This document shows positions 45,170-52,412 of a stretch of 57,047 nucleotides of DNA, one piece after another. A program made the position numbers and the translations under genes. How positions within the stretch are numbered: position 1 is the stretch's first letter; each line of letters begins with the position of its first letter. Source of the DNA: a virus (Duplodnaviria; Heunggongvirae; Uroviricota; Caudoviricetes); IMG/VR virus record IMGVR_UViG_3300028887_000082, one strand, 5' to 3'. Below the pieces are notes generated by a model. It was not told the DNA's origin and ran no database searches. It saw nothing but the letters and a program-made list of their open reading frames with translations.

Positions 45170-45333
45170 CTTAAGGGATGATAGTCCACCTCCCTTAACA
45201 TAGGATGATATGTTAGAAGAAATTACTGTGGACAACAAAACCAAAGCCAGACTGCAAATGGTGAAGGTTGGCGTTCTGAATATGAACAATTGGATTTTGC
45301 AGTGTTCAGTTGGGATTTGAAGGTTCGTAAAAT

Positions 45334-45402
45334 GCTTGTTGGTGTAGTGGTTAGCATTCCCCCACCCGGGGGCGACGCTCGGTTCGAATCCGGCACAGGA
45401 GA
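45334..45402 (+). pseudogene. degenerate tRNA
   Basis: D arm GGTGTAGTGGTTAGCAT and GGTTCGAATCC T-loop, but CCCCC-ACCC-GGGGG anticodon arm and weak acceptor. Confidence 0.5.
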
Positions 45403-45423
45403 CTAAGTTATAATAATTAAGGA

Positions 45424-45735
45424 ATGGAACAGAAACCAAGAATTAAGTGGAAGAACTTCAAGATCTGGATTAAGGACCAGTTGAAGAGGAAGACCTGGTT
45501 CAGGAATTTCTTCATTACAGGAAATGCCTGGGGTGGATTCAGTATCAACTCACACATCAACCAGCATACAGGTCAACCGAAGATAACCTACAACCATTTT
45601 GAATCCGCAAAGAAAGCGGCAGACAAGATGAGTCAGAAACATGGTACACATTTCAGTGTTTACAAGTGTCTCTATTGTGACGGTTATCACATAGGAAAGA
45701 ACAGGGAGAATAAGACGGATTATGACAAAAAATAA
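45424..45735 (+). CDS. hypothetical protein
   Basis: Basic; YKCLYCDGYHIG zinc-finger-like tail. Confidence 0.75.
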   Translation: MEQKPRIKWKNFKIWIKDQLKRKTWFRNFFITGNAWGGFSINSHINQHTGQPKITYNHFESAKKAADKMSQKHGTHFSVYKCLYCDGYHIGKNRENKTDYDKK

Positions 45736-45740
45736 AAATT

Positions 45741-46202
45741 ATGAGTAAGTTAGAGAACAAGATCCAGGAGGATATGGTTGAGGCAATGAAGAACAAGAAT
45801 GAGTTTGTACGTGATACACTCAGGATTGTCAAGAGTGAGATAGGTGTCTTCAAGACCAGTGAGAAGTTCATCAAGAGAAATACTGAAATCACAGATGATG
45901 ATATTCAGGGTATCCTTGAAGAGATGGTCAAGAGGAACAGAAAGAACATTGACACAGCGAAGGCCGCAAACCGTGATGACATAGTAAAGAAGAATGAGGA
46001 TGAGATTTCAGTCTTTGAGAGTTATCTCCCAAAGAAGATGACTGAATCAGAGATAGAGGAGGTTGTTGTGAAGACCATCCAGGACCTGGGTGCAACATCA
46101 ATGAAGGATATGGGAAAGGTAATGGGTTTCATCACCAAGACATATGCCGGAAAGGTGGATGGTTCAGTTGTTTCAAAAATTGTGAAGTCTAAACTTGGTT
46201 AA
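45741..46202 (+). CDS. GatB/YqeY domain protein
   Basis: IQEDMVEAMKNK...LPKKMTESEIE...MKDMGKVMG...GKVDGSVVS. Confidence 0.88.
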   Translation: MSKLENKIQEDMVEAMKNKNEFVRDTLRIVKSEIGVFKTSEKFIKRNTEITDDDIQGILEEMVKRNRKNIDTAKAANRDDIVKKNEDEISVFESYLPKKMTESEIEEVVVKTIQDLGATSMKDMGKVMGFITKTYAGKVDGSVVSKIVKSKLG

Positions 46203-46213
46203 TATAAAGAATT

Positions 46214-46444
46214 ATGAAAACTTGGATAATAGTATTGACAATTGCTTTCATCTTCTTGAAGCTTGTTGCAAGAGGGTTTGCAAACTACATCAGGAATGAC
46301 AAGGAAGAGAGAGTGAAGTATTACTTTACCAGTGGTGCAACCCCACTTGGTGTGATACACGGATTCATTTCTCTCTTTGGTACACTGGTAGGATTTGCTG
46401 ATATAATCCTGATCATCATAATGGTTGCGAACAGATTGTTATAA
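46214..46444 (+). CDS. small membrane protein
   Basis: Two hydrophobic segments. Confidence 0.65.
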   Translation: MKTWIIVLTIAFIFLKLVARGFANYIRNDKEERVKYYFTSGATPLGVIHGFISLFGTLVGFADIILIIIMVANRLL

Positions 46445-46459
46445 ATCATTACATAAATA

Positions 46460-46492
46460 TTTGGATGTTTCAGATATTTTTGTTATATTTGT
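46460..46492 (+). promoter_or_regulatory. Bacteroidota sigma70-type promoter
   Basis: TTTG (46460) - 21 nt - TATATTTG (46485), followed by boxA-like 46507-46518. Confidence 0.7.
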
Positions 46493-46551
46493 AACCAGAA
46501 AAGAGAAAGTTCTTTGAAATTTTTAAAATTTGTTCAACATAAATATAATAT

Positions 46552-47334
46552 ATGATTGTCGAACAAATGGATAAACCCAAGTATCATTATTTCTATAAAA
46601 TAACAAATAGACTCAATGGACATTATTATTATGGTGTTCATTCAACATATAATCTTGATGATGGATATATGGGGTCTGGAAAAAGATTACATATTGCTTA
46701 TAAGAAATATGGTATAGAATGTTTTGAAAAGGAAATTTTAAAATTTTTCAATACCAGAAAAGAATGTGAGGAATATGAAGAATCAGTTGTTAATGAAATA
46801 TTGATTGGTGATGACAATTGTTATAATTGTGTACCTGGTGGAGGAACTTTAAAAACTCCAGGAAAAGCATGCTTCATTGATGAAAATGGTAATATTATAC
46901 AAGTAACCACAGAAGATGCACATAAGAGAGGATTAAGAGGTAATGCAGTGGGTACAACATTAGTAATTGTTGATGGTGAATATGTTATGGCTGATGTTGA
47001 TAAACTTAATGATTATGATTCATTTAAGTATCCTATGAGTGGAAAAATAACAGTATATGACAAAAATAATAACCATTATGTTGTAAGTTGTGATGATAAA
47101 AGATATATTTCTGGAGAATTAAGACCATTCTGGTCAGGTAAAAAACTTTCAGAGGAAACAAAAACAAAAATTAAAACATCACTATCACTAATACATCATC
47201 AACAAGGTGAAAAAAATTCTCAATATGGAACTTGTTGGATTACTAAAAATAATGAAAACAAGAAAATTAAAAAAGAGAATTTAGAAACATATCTTAATGA
47301 TGGTTGGGTTAAAGGAAGATTTATAAAACACTAA
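46552..47334 (+). mobile_element. free-standing GIY-YIG (Seg-like) homing endonuclease
   Basis: YFYKITN...YYYGVH...GYMGSG; NUMOD3-like KKLSEETKTKI; AT-richer than neighbours. Confidence 0.8.
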
Positions 47335-47352
47335 ATGTGTTAATGATATATA

Positions 47353-47662
47353 GGTCTTGTTGATACTTTCAGGAAAAACTGTAGGACACGGGTTCGAGTC
47401 CCGCTACCTCCACAAATTTATATTTTTTATATGGGGGTATATTGGTTTTGACTGCTTTTAAGTATGGGAAGAGGAGAGGTCTATCGCCAATAACTGGCAA
47501 AAACAACAATTTCTCTGTAAACTTTGGCCCTGTTGCACAAACAGCTGCTCCAAAGGCTATGATGGCTGCCGCTTAATCGTGGTTTCCCTGATTAGTAAGT
47601 ACACTGGCCAGGCTGGTGTCACAGAAGGTTCTATCCATCTTGTCCAAAAAGATGGATCTTTT
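47353..47662 (+). ncRNA. ssrA: circularly permuted two-piece tmRNA
   Basis: T arm plus 3' acceptor TACCTCC-A (47405-47412) precedes 5' acceptor GGGGGTA (47433); G3:U70; ATAACT|GGC resume; tag 47496-47576 GKNNNFSVNFGPVAQTAAPKAMMAAA*. Confidence 0.88.
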
Positions 47663-47683
47663 GAAAGTTCTTTAAAATATTAT

Positions 47684-47787
47684 ATGGGTGGATTGTATGC
47701 AGTTCTTGATAAGTCTGTATCAGTACTTGCAGATACTGTCTTGAATTAAAGTAAAGAATAGGATCCTGATTACAATAAGTTCCCACC
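47684..47787 (+). ncRNA. candidate ~105-nt structured RNA
   Basis: GGGTGG/CCACCC closure; TCTGTA/TGCAGA hairpin. Confidence 0.35.
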
Positions 47788-47824
47788 CGCCCTTACAGTT
47801 ATGGTTAATCTGTGAAAACCAAAT

Positions 47825-48017
47825 GGGTCAATAGCTCAATGGTAGAGCAGCGGACTGTATAAGGAGTGGTTTACCGGAACAAACCAACCTGGTATGGTCG
47901 AGTGGTCAAAGACGTAGGTTTAGAAAACCGGAGTAAGTTAAAAACTTGCAGACGTTGGTTCAAATCCAACTATCAGGTCTAATCCGCAGGTTGTAGGTTC
48001 GAGCCCTACTTGGCCCG
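47825..48017 (+). tRNA. trnN: interrupted tRNA-Asn(GTT): exons 47825-47858 and 47980-48017
   Basis: Joined exons give a 72-nt cloverleaf with GCGGA-CT GT|T AA-TCCGC, short variable loop and G73. Confidence 0.8.
47888..47978 (+). tRNA. nested type-II tRNA-Ser(AGA)-like gene inside the tRNA-Asn anticodon
   Basis: CCTGGTA/TATCAGG acceptor, TGGTCGAGTGGTCAAAGAC D arm, TT AGA AA loop, long variable hairpin, GTTGG-TTCAAAT-CCAAC. Confidence 0.7.
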
Positions 48018-48021
48018 CAAA

Positions 48022-48109
48022 GTACATAGGAAGTCCTGGTCGTGGTGCACGCTTATGTTAGGTTCGGGTTTGATCAACCCACAGAGGTTCGAGTCCTCTC
48101 TATGTACCA
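48022..48109 (+). ncRNA. tRNA-like RNA with non-canonical D/anticodon region
   Basis: 8-bp acceptor GTACATAG/CTATGTAC, AGAGG-TTCGAGT-CCTCT, GGGTT/AACCC arm. Confidence 0.6.
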
Positions 48110-48126
48110 AATAATAAATATAATAT

Positions 48127-48217
48127 GGAGGAGTGGCAGAGTGGTTTATTGCAGAGGTCTTGAAAACCTCCGGGCGTGTTGAGCGCCCCGTCGGTTCGAA
48201 TCCGGCCTCCTCCGCCA
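48127..48217 (+). tRNA. trnS: tRNA-Ser(TGA)
   Basis: GAGGT-CT TGA AA-ACCTC, long variable arm, G73, CCA encoded. Confidence 0.93.
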
Positions 48218-48398
48218 GTATAACAAATTCCAAAAGTTTGTTATATTTATTAAGGTTTTGTTATGTGTTTGTTTTAAGTTAAAGGTTCTAACCGCAACAA
48301 TTACAAAAAAGATGCTGTTCACATTTTCCAAATGAACCTTGTTTTGTTTCAAACACACAACTTCAAACCAAATAAACATTTAAATTAATTAAAAAAGT

Positions 48399-49040
48399 AT
48401 GAAGAAATTTTTGGCGTTTCTTATGAGCCTTGTGCTCATTTTCGGTTTGAGTTCATGTAACTCTTGCACAAGAAACCAGACTACTCCTACTGAAGAGACC
48501 ACACCGGCAGTTGCTGAGTTGGTTGTTGAGAATGTAATCTCTACTGACCGTCAGGCAATGTACCTTGCACATGGTGGTGACTACAGATGGTATGAGACTG
48601 GTGTTCAACTCAAGGACTGGCTTGATGAAGAGAATGATGGTACTATCGATATGGTAGTTAATGTTTTCCAGGTAATTGAGGAGTATGATTCAACAAGTTT
48701 TGATACCTATGTTTACAAGTATCAGCATTTTTCAGATGGTACTGTAAATGAAGATGGTGTTCATGGTTTCTGGGTTGAGGATTATCCTCTTGAACAGGAA
48801 GTAATTAAGGTAACATTCAAGGAAGCTTACCAGAAGATCCAGGAAGTTAATCTCCCAAGACCTCATTCACGTCAGGTTGTATTGAGAAAGCCTATCGGTC
48901 CTAAGGATTGCAATCCACAGTGGATATTTGGTAATCTCCATGAGCAGATTTGGGTTGATGCAGTTACAGGTGAAGTTACTAACAGTAACCCTGCATTTGA
49001 TGGTCTGAATCTCGGTACTCCACTTGGTGAGTGGCCCTAA
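48399..49040 (+). CDS. putative lipoprotein
   Basis: Signal MKKFLAFLMSLVLIFGLSSC. Confidence 0.8.
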   Translation: MKKFLAFLMSLVLIFGLSSCNSCTRNQTTPTEETTPAVAELVVENVISTDRQAMYLAHGGDYRWYETGVQLKDWLDEENDGTIDMVVNVFQVIEEYDSTSFDTYVYKYQHFSDGTVNEDGVHGFWVEDYPLEQEVIKVTFKEAYQKIQEVNLPRPHSRQVVLRKPIGPKDCNPQWIFGNLHEQIWVDAVTGEVTNSNPAFDGLNLGTPLGEWP

Positions 49041-49052
49041 TAGAAACAATAT

Positions 49053-49115
49053 AGGTTGAATGGTACAACCTGAAGTTAAATATCCACAGGGAAAGGGTTA
49101 GCCCTGGAAGTTAAA
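49053..49115 (+). repeat. two tandem hairpin-GAAGTTAAA modules
   Basis: AGGTTG/CAACCT+GAAGTTAAA and CAGGG/CCCTG+GAAGTTAAA. Confidence 0.45.
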
Positions 49116-49127
49116 GTCACCCAATAC

Positions 49128-49252
49128 TATGATGTGACAAGGAATAGGTATACTTGCGCCACGAGATAATATCAGATGGAAGAAGAGGAAGGGTATTCTT
49201 CATAAAAGTTGGACTAATTTAGTCAATGTGGGTTCGAGTCCCACTATCATAG
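49128..49252 (+). ncRNA. tRNA-shell RNA with expanded anticodon region (125 nt)
   Basis: TATGATG/TATCATA-G acceptor, CAAG/CTTG D stem, variable hairpin, GTGGG-TTCGAGT-CCCAC. Confidence 0.6.
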
Positions 49253-49259
49253 CAAATAT

Positions 49260-49333
49260 CGTGGGGTGCTAGCAGTGGTCAGCTAACTGGGCTCATAACC
49301 CAGAGGTCAGGGGTTCGAATCCCTTCCCCGCTA
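49260..49333 (+). tRNA. trnfM: initiator tRNA-fMet(CAT)
   Basis: C1:U72 mismatch, CTGGG-CT CAT AA-CCCAG (three G-C pairs). Confidence 0.88.
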
Positions 49334-49341
49334 CTAAACTT

Positions 49342-49479
49342 GCCAGTATAGGACAGTATATTGGACATCTGTAACCTCATGGGAGGTCGCAAGAGAGAAT
49401 GAAGGTAACATCTTCAACGTACCGGGTTAGTTCAAAGTAGAATACTCTTGTTATGTAAGTTCGATTCTTACTATTGGCA
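49342..49479 (+). ncRNA. tRNA-shell RNA with multi-hairpin insert (138 nt)
   Basis: GCCAGTA/TATTGGC-A acceptor, GTAAG-TTCGATT-CTTAC T arm, CAAGAG/CTCTTG inner stem. Confidence 0.6.
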
Positions 49480-49508
49480 CAAAAAAAAATAAAAAAGTTT
49501 CAAAAATA

Positions 49509-49540
49509 TTTGGTAGTTTCAAATTTTTTTGTTATCTTTG
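49509..49540 (+). promoter_or_regulatory. Bacteroidota sigma70-type promoter plus boxA-like element
   Basis: TTTG (49509) - 20 nt - TATCTTTG (49533); AAGTTCTTTGA 49550-49560. Confidence 0.8.
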
Positions 49541-49588
49541 TAGTGTTGAAAGTTCTTTGATAGTTTTAAATAAAACAAGGGTGGGTTT

Positions 49589-50654
49589 CTCATCCTTCCC
49601 AAGAAGCCTTCGGGTTGAGGGAGAAAGATAACCAGTGAATACATAAGCTGGGAAAGTCAGTAAGATATTGCATAGTATCCCTGGCGGAGGGTTCAAATCC
49701 TCCCTGTAAGAAAACCAAGATGGTCAGCATATCCTGGAATGGCAGTACACTGTGAAAGGGGTATGCGGAGGCTCTTACCAAGTCTCCTTGAGTGGTAACA
49801 CTGACAAGAACCATTTTGCTTCCGGACAAAAAGATTACCGGTCTGATTGTCTGAATGACCAAAGTTTATTGATATCCAAGAGACTACACCAAGTCTTCCT
49901 AACAGGTGGTGCTGAGATTCCAGAAATGGTTGGATATTAGAATTAGTAGAATGAGTAACACAGAGGTGTGTGAAAGTAGAAAGGTGATGTATCTAAACCT
50001 CTCAAAAGGAGGCATGATAACAAGGGTAACCTCATCTTTCAATCGGTAAATGCTCAATGATTCAAATTGGATGTTGACCAAAGACAGAATAATTAGATTA
50101 TTAAGCAAGCAAAAGTGTTACCCACACTGTAGGACAATACAGTTATGCTTCTGTAAGATGAAGCCTTATGGATCCCGCAAAGTGAAGTAAGAGTATCGCC
50201 AGTATGGACAATGCAAGTGGAGGCATCCACTCAACTCGGCAGAGGTCTTTGGCTTGAAAGCAGCTATGTAATACAGTGTAGTGACTATGGTAGTCTTGGT
50301 GGAAACACCATAAATCCACCTGTATCCGCTTCACCAATAGCAATGTTGGTGTGTGTAAATCTCAGGCGACTGGGACTTGTCCTGAAAAGGAAGAGAGTAG
50401 AGGCGGCGATTGGGGTCAACACTCAGCCCAAATCAATGAATTATTCAGAGTCGGTAACCAGTCCGGTATGGAAGAGCGAGACTTCCCTGGATAACAAAGT
50501 GATATTATAGAGGTACAAATTCTCCTGAATATATAGAACCACTCAGGAGGTTAATTCGAGGCCAGGGATATTACTGAAACAAATTCCCTTTTGGTTCACA
50601 GGGAATGGGAAGAGTGAGTTTGTAATCTGCGAGGTCGGGTTAGTTTTATCTCTT
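49589..50654 (+). ncRNA. giant (~1.05 kb) structured ncRNA candidate, GOLLD/ROOL-like
   Basis: No credible ORF; ends pair (49589-49601 with 50606-50618, 12 of 13); UUCG and GAAA tetraloop hairpins; internal T-loop; own promoter; in tRNA array. Confidence 0.65.
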
Positions 50655-50659
50655 CAAAT

Positions 50660-50733
50660 GGTGCGTTGGTGAAGTTGGTTATCATGCCACCCTGTCACGG
50701 TGGAGTTCACGGGTTCGAGTCCCGTACGCACCG
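50660..50733 (+). tRNA. trnD: tRNA-Asp(GTC)
   Basis: CCACC-CT GTC AC-GGTGG, G73. Confidence 0.93.
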
Positions 50734-50900
50734 CACATAAATATTATGTAAAGAACCATACCGCAATTTTAAACAAATTTCATTTTGATTGAAGAAACCA
50801 TTGGTTCTTGTTTCGTTTCTTTGTTTAGAAAAACAAAGTGGCAGAGACTGGTGGAAACACCCCTCTTGTGAGTGGTAATCTCACATACAAAAACTTGCCG

Positions 50901-50980
50901 GCTATACCCTGGAGGTAAAGGTGTCACAGGCCTATGCATGGGCTGTTTGCAGTACTGGTTCGAATCCAGTCTGGGTAGCA
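50901..50980 (+). pseudogene. degenerate tRNA-like element
   Basis: ACTGG-TTCGAAT-CCAGT T arm, bulged acceptor, extended central hairpin with ATGCAT; preceded by small hairpin cluster 50839-50899. Confidence 0.45.
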
Positions 50981-51003
50981 AATAAAAATGAAAATTGAAT
51001 TTA

Positions 51004-51011
51004 CATAAATA
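51004..51011 (+). promoter_or_regulatory. CATAAATA late-promoter motif upstream of leader 2
   Basis: Same context as leader 1. Confidence 0.55.
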
Positions 51012-51031
51012 ACTTATAAAGATTAAAAATT

Positions 51032-51148
51032 ATGATGACATTGCATACACATATTATGTTTATTGCGGGCAAGCCAGGTTGTTATCGTTTTTGGGAACAG
51101 AAGCAACTCGGACCTAAAGGTGTGTGGGTATGTCACCAGGATAAATAA
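51032..51148 (+). CDS. attenuator leader peptide 2 (38 aa)
   Basis: MMTLHTHIMFIAGKPGCYRFWEQKQLGPKGVWVCHQDK*; GVWVC codons form the antiterminator strand. Confidence 0.75.
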   Translation: MMTLHTHIMFIAGKPGCYRFWEQKQLGPKGVWVCHQDK

Positions 51149-51248
51149 GGATTAAACCAGGATAGGAAAGAAGGTACAGGAAATCCAACAAATATCAATA
51201 GAGACATCTCACACAAATCCAAAAAAAGATTTATGTGAGATTTTTTTT
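51122..51248 (+). terminator. attenuator 2: antiterminator 51122-51134/51203-51214 versus terminator 51206-51248
   Basis: GTGTGGGTATGTC pairs with GACATCTCACAC; ATCTCACACAAATC/GATTTATGTGAGAT plus T-tract. Confidence 0.78.
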
Positions 51249-51256
51249 ATTAACAC

Positions 51257-51331
51257 TGGGTAGTACGGTAATTGGTTCACCGGCTGCATTTGGGATGCAG
51301 ACATATGCGAGTTCGAGTCTCGTCTACCCAA
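51257..51331 (+). tRNA. trnP: tRNA-Pro(TGG)
   Basis: CTGCA-TT TGG GA-TGCAG. Confidence 0.88.
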
Positions 51332-51356
51332 CAAATATACAAAACAAAATAAGATT

Positions 51357-51602
51357 ATGGAGACACTCAAACAGATTGTGAAGGGAAGTGCAAAGTTGGA
51401 ATGCATGAGGAGTGGTGGTGTCGCAGAATACATCATCACATCAGAGACAGGAAAAAGATATGTATTGGACATAGACCTGTCAGACAAGGTGGACTGTGGA
51501 GAGAGTGCTTCATTTATGCCATACTATGAGAGAGCAATAATCCTGATGCGATGGATTCGCAGAGCAATGGAGAAGGGTGAATTGATAGAGTTAAATTCAT
51601 AA
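51357..51602 (+). CDS. hypothetical protein
   Basis: Clean ORF between RNA genes. Confidence 0.7.
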   Translation: METLKQIVKGSAKLECMRSGGVAEYIITSETGKRYVLDIDLSDKVDCGESASFMPYYERAIILMRWIRRAMEKGELIELNS

Positions 51603-51761
51603 ACACATCCGAGATGATCATAGGATGTGGGTTGGGAAGATGAGGATATGTCCGAAAAATTGCATAAAGTAGGATGTATTTAGGTAGCGAGCCCCTCCCT
51701 GGTAGCCAAACAGGTAGTTTAAAGTGCTTAAGAACAGACCAATCATTGAATTATTAGATAT

Positions 51762-51836
51762 GCCGGGTTCTACTAATTGGAATAGGTACCCTGATTTTCA
51801 ATCAGTGCAATATGGGTTCGAGTCCCATACCCGGTA
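51762..51836 (+). tRNA. trnE: tRNA-Glu(TTC)
   Basis: CTGA-TT TTC AA-TCAG; atypical D arm. Confidence 0.8.
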
Positions 51837-51841
51837 CAAAT

Positions 51842-51924
51842 GCGGATGTGGTGTAATGGTAGCCACACTTGGTTCAGAGCTAAGCGGCCGAAAGGCCATA
51901 TGGGTTCGAGTCCCTTCATCCGCA
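51842..51924 (+). tRNA. trnL: tRNA-Leu(CAG)
   Basis: CTTGG-TT CAG AG-CTAAG, long variable arm. Confidence 0.88.
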
Positions 51925-51929
51925 CACAT

Positions 51930-52003
51930 TGGGGGATCATCTAATAGAGTAAGGATACCACTCTGATACAGTGGAAATCCGGGTTCAAATCCCGGCCTCC
52001 CAA
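51930..52003 (+). tRNA. trnI: tRNA(GAT), nominally Ile
   Basis: CCACT-CT GAT AC-AGTGG; body is Gln/Glu-like. Confidence 0.75.
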
Positions 52004-52037
52004 CAAAAGAAAGTTCTTTGACATATTGTACACATTT

Positions 52038-52113
52038 GGGTCTGTGGCAGAGATGGTCTATGCGCTGGACTGAAAATCCAGAGAAGGAGGTTCGAGTCCT
52101 CCCGGACCCACCA
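52038..52113 (+). tRNA. trnF: tRNA-Phe(GAA)
   Basis: CTGGA-CT GAA AA-TCCAG, CCA encoded. Confidence 0.92.
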
Positions 52114-52124
52114 AGATTTGGGAA

Positions 52125-52316
52125 AAGGTTCTTGCATTGATGAAAGTAAATGACACCAGACACCTGATCAGTGAGGAAGTGTTGTTGAAATCGTCTAAAG
52201 TTGAGATGGGGAAAGTGTCATCAGTACTAGTCAAATGATGGGATGGAACTCAAGGAGACATATACTCTGCCTGGCGTGGGAGTCAGGAGGTTCATCAGCA
52301 AGTAAAGTGGAATCTT
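52125..52316 (+). ncRNA. candidate ~190-nt structured ncRNA
   Basis: AAGGTTC/GAATCTT, CTTGC/GCAAG, TGATGAA/TTCATCA, ATGACAC/GTGTCAT. Confidence 0.5.
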
Positions 52317-52321
52317 GACCT

Positions 52322-52405
52322 GTGGGAGTGGCGTAACTGGTAGCCGCGTCGGTCTAAGAAGCCGATCCCAGAAATGGGGTGAGAGTTCGAGTCTCTCTTT
52401 CCACA
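52322..52405 (+). tRNA. trnL: tRNA-Leu(AAG)
   Basis: TCGGT-CT AAG AA-GCCGA, long variable arm; A34. Confidence 0.85.
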
Positions 52406-52412
52406 CAATATT

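Noticed and set aside
24601-50751. ATG-TAA minimal ORFs right after CATAAATA at 24601 and 50746
   Set aside because: Only two cases in AT-rich DNA and no coupled terminator; likely chance
47888-52405. Eukaryotic or NCLDV origin suggested by A34 tRNAs
   Set aside because: Bacteroidota promoters, intrinsic terminators, fMet tRNA, tmRNA, ClpP, LuxS and NAD-dependent ligase all indicate a bacteriophage
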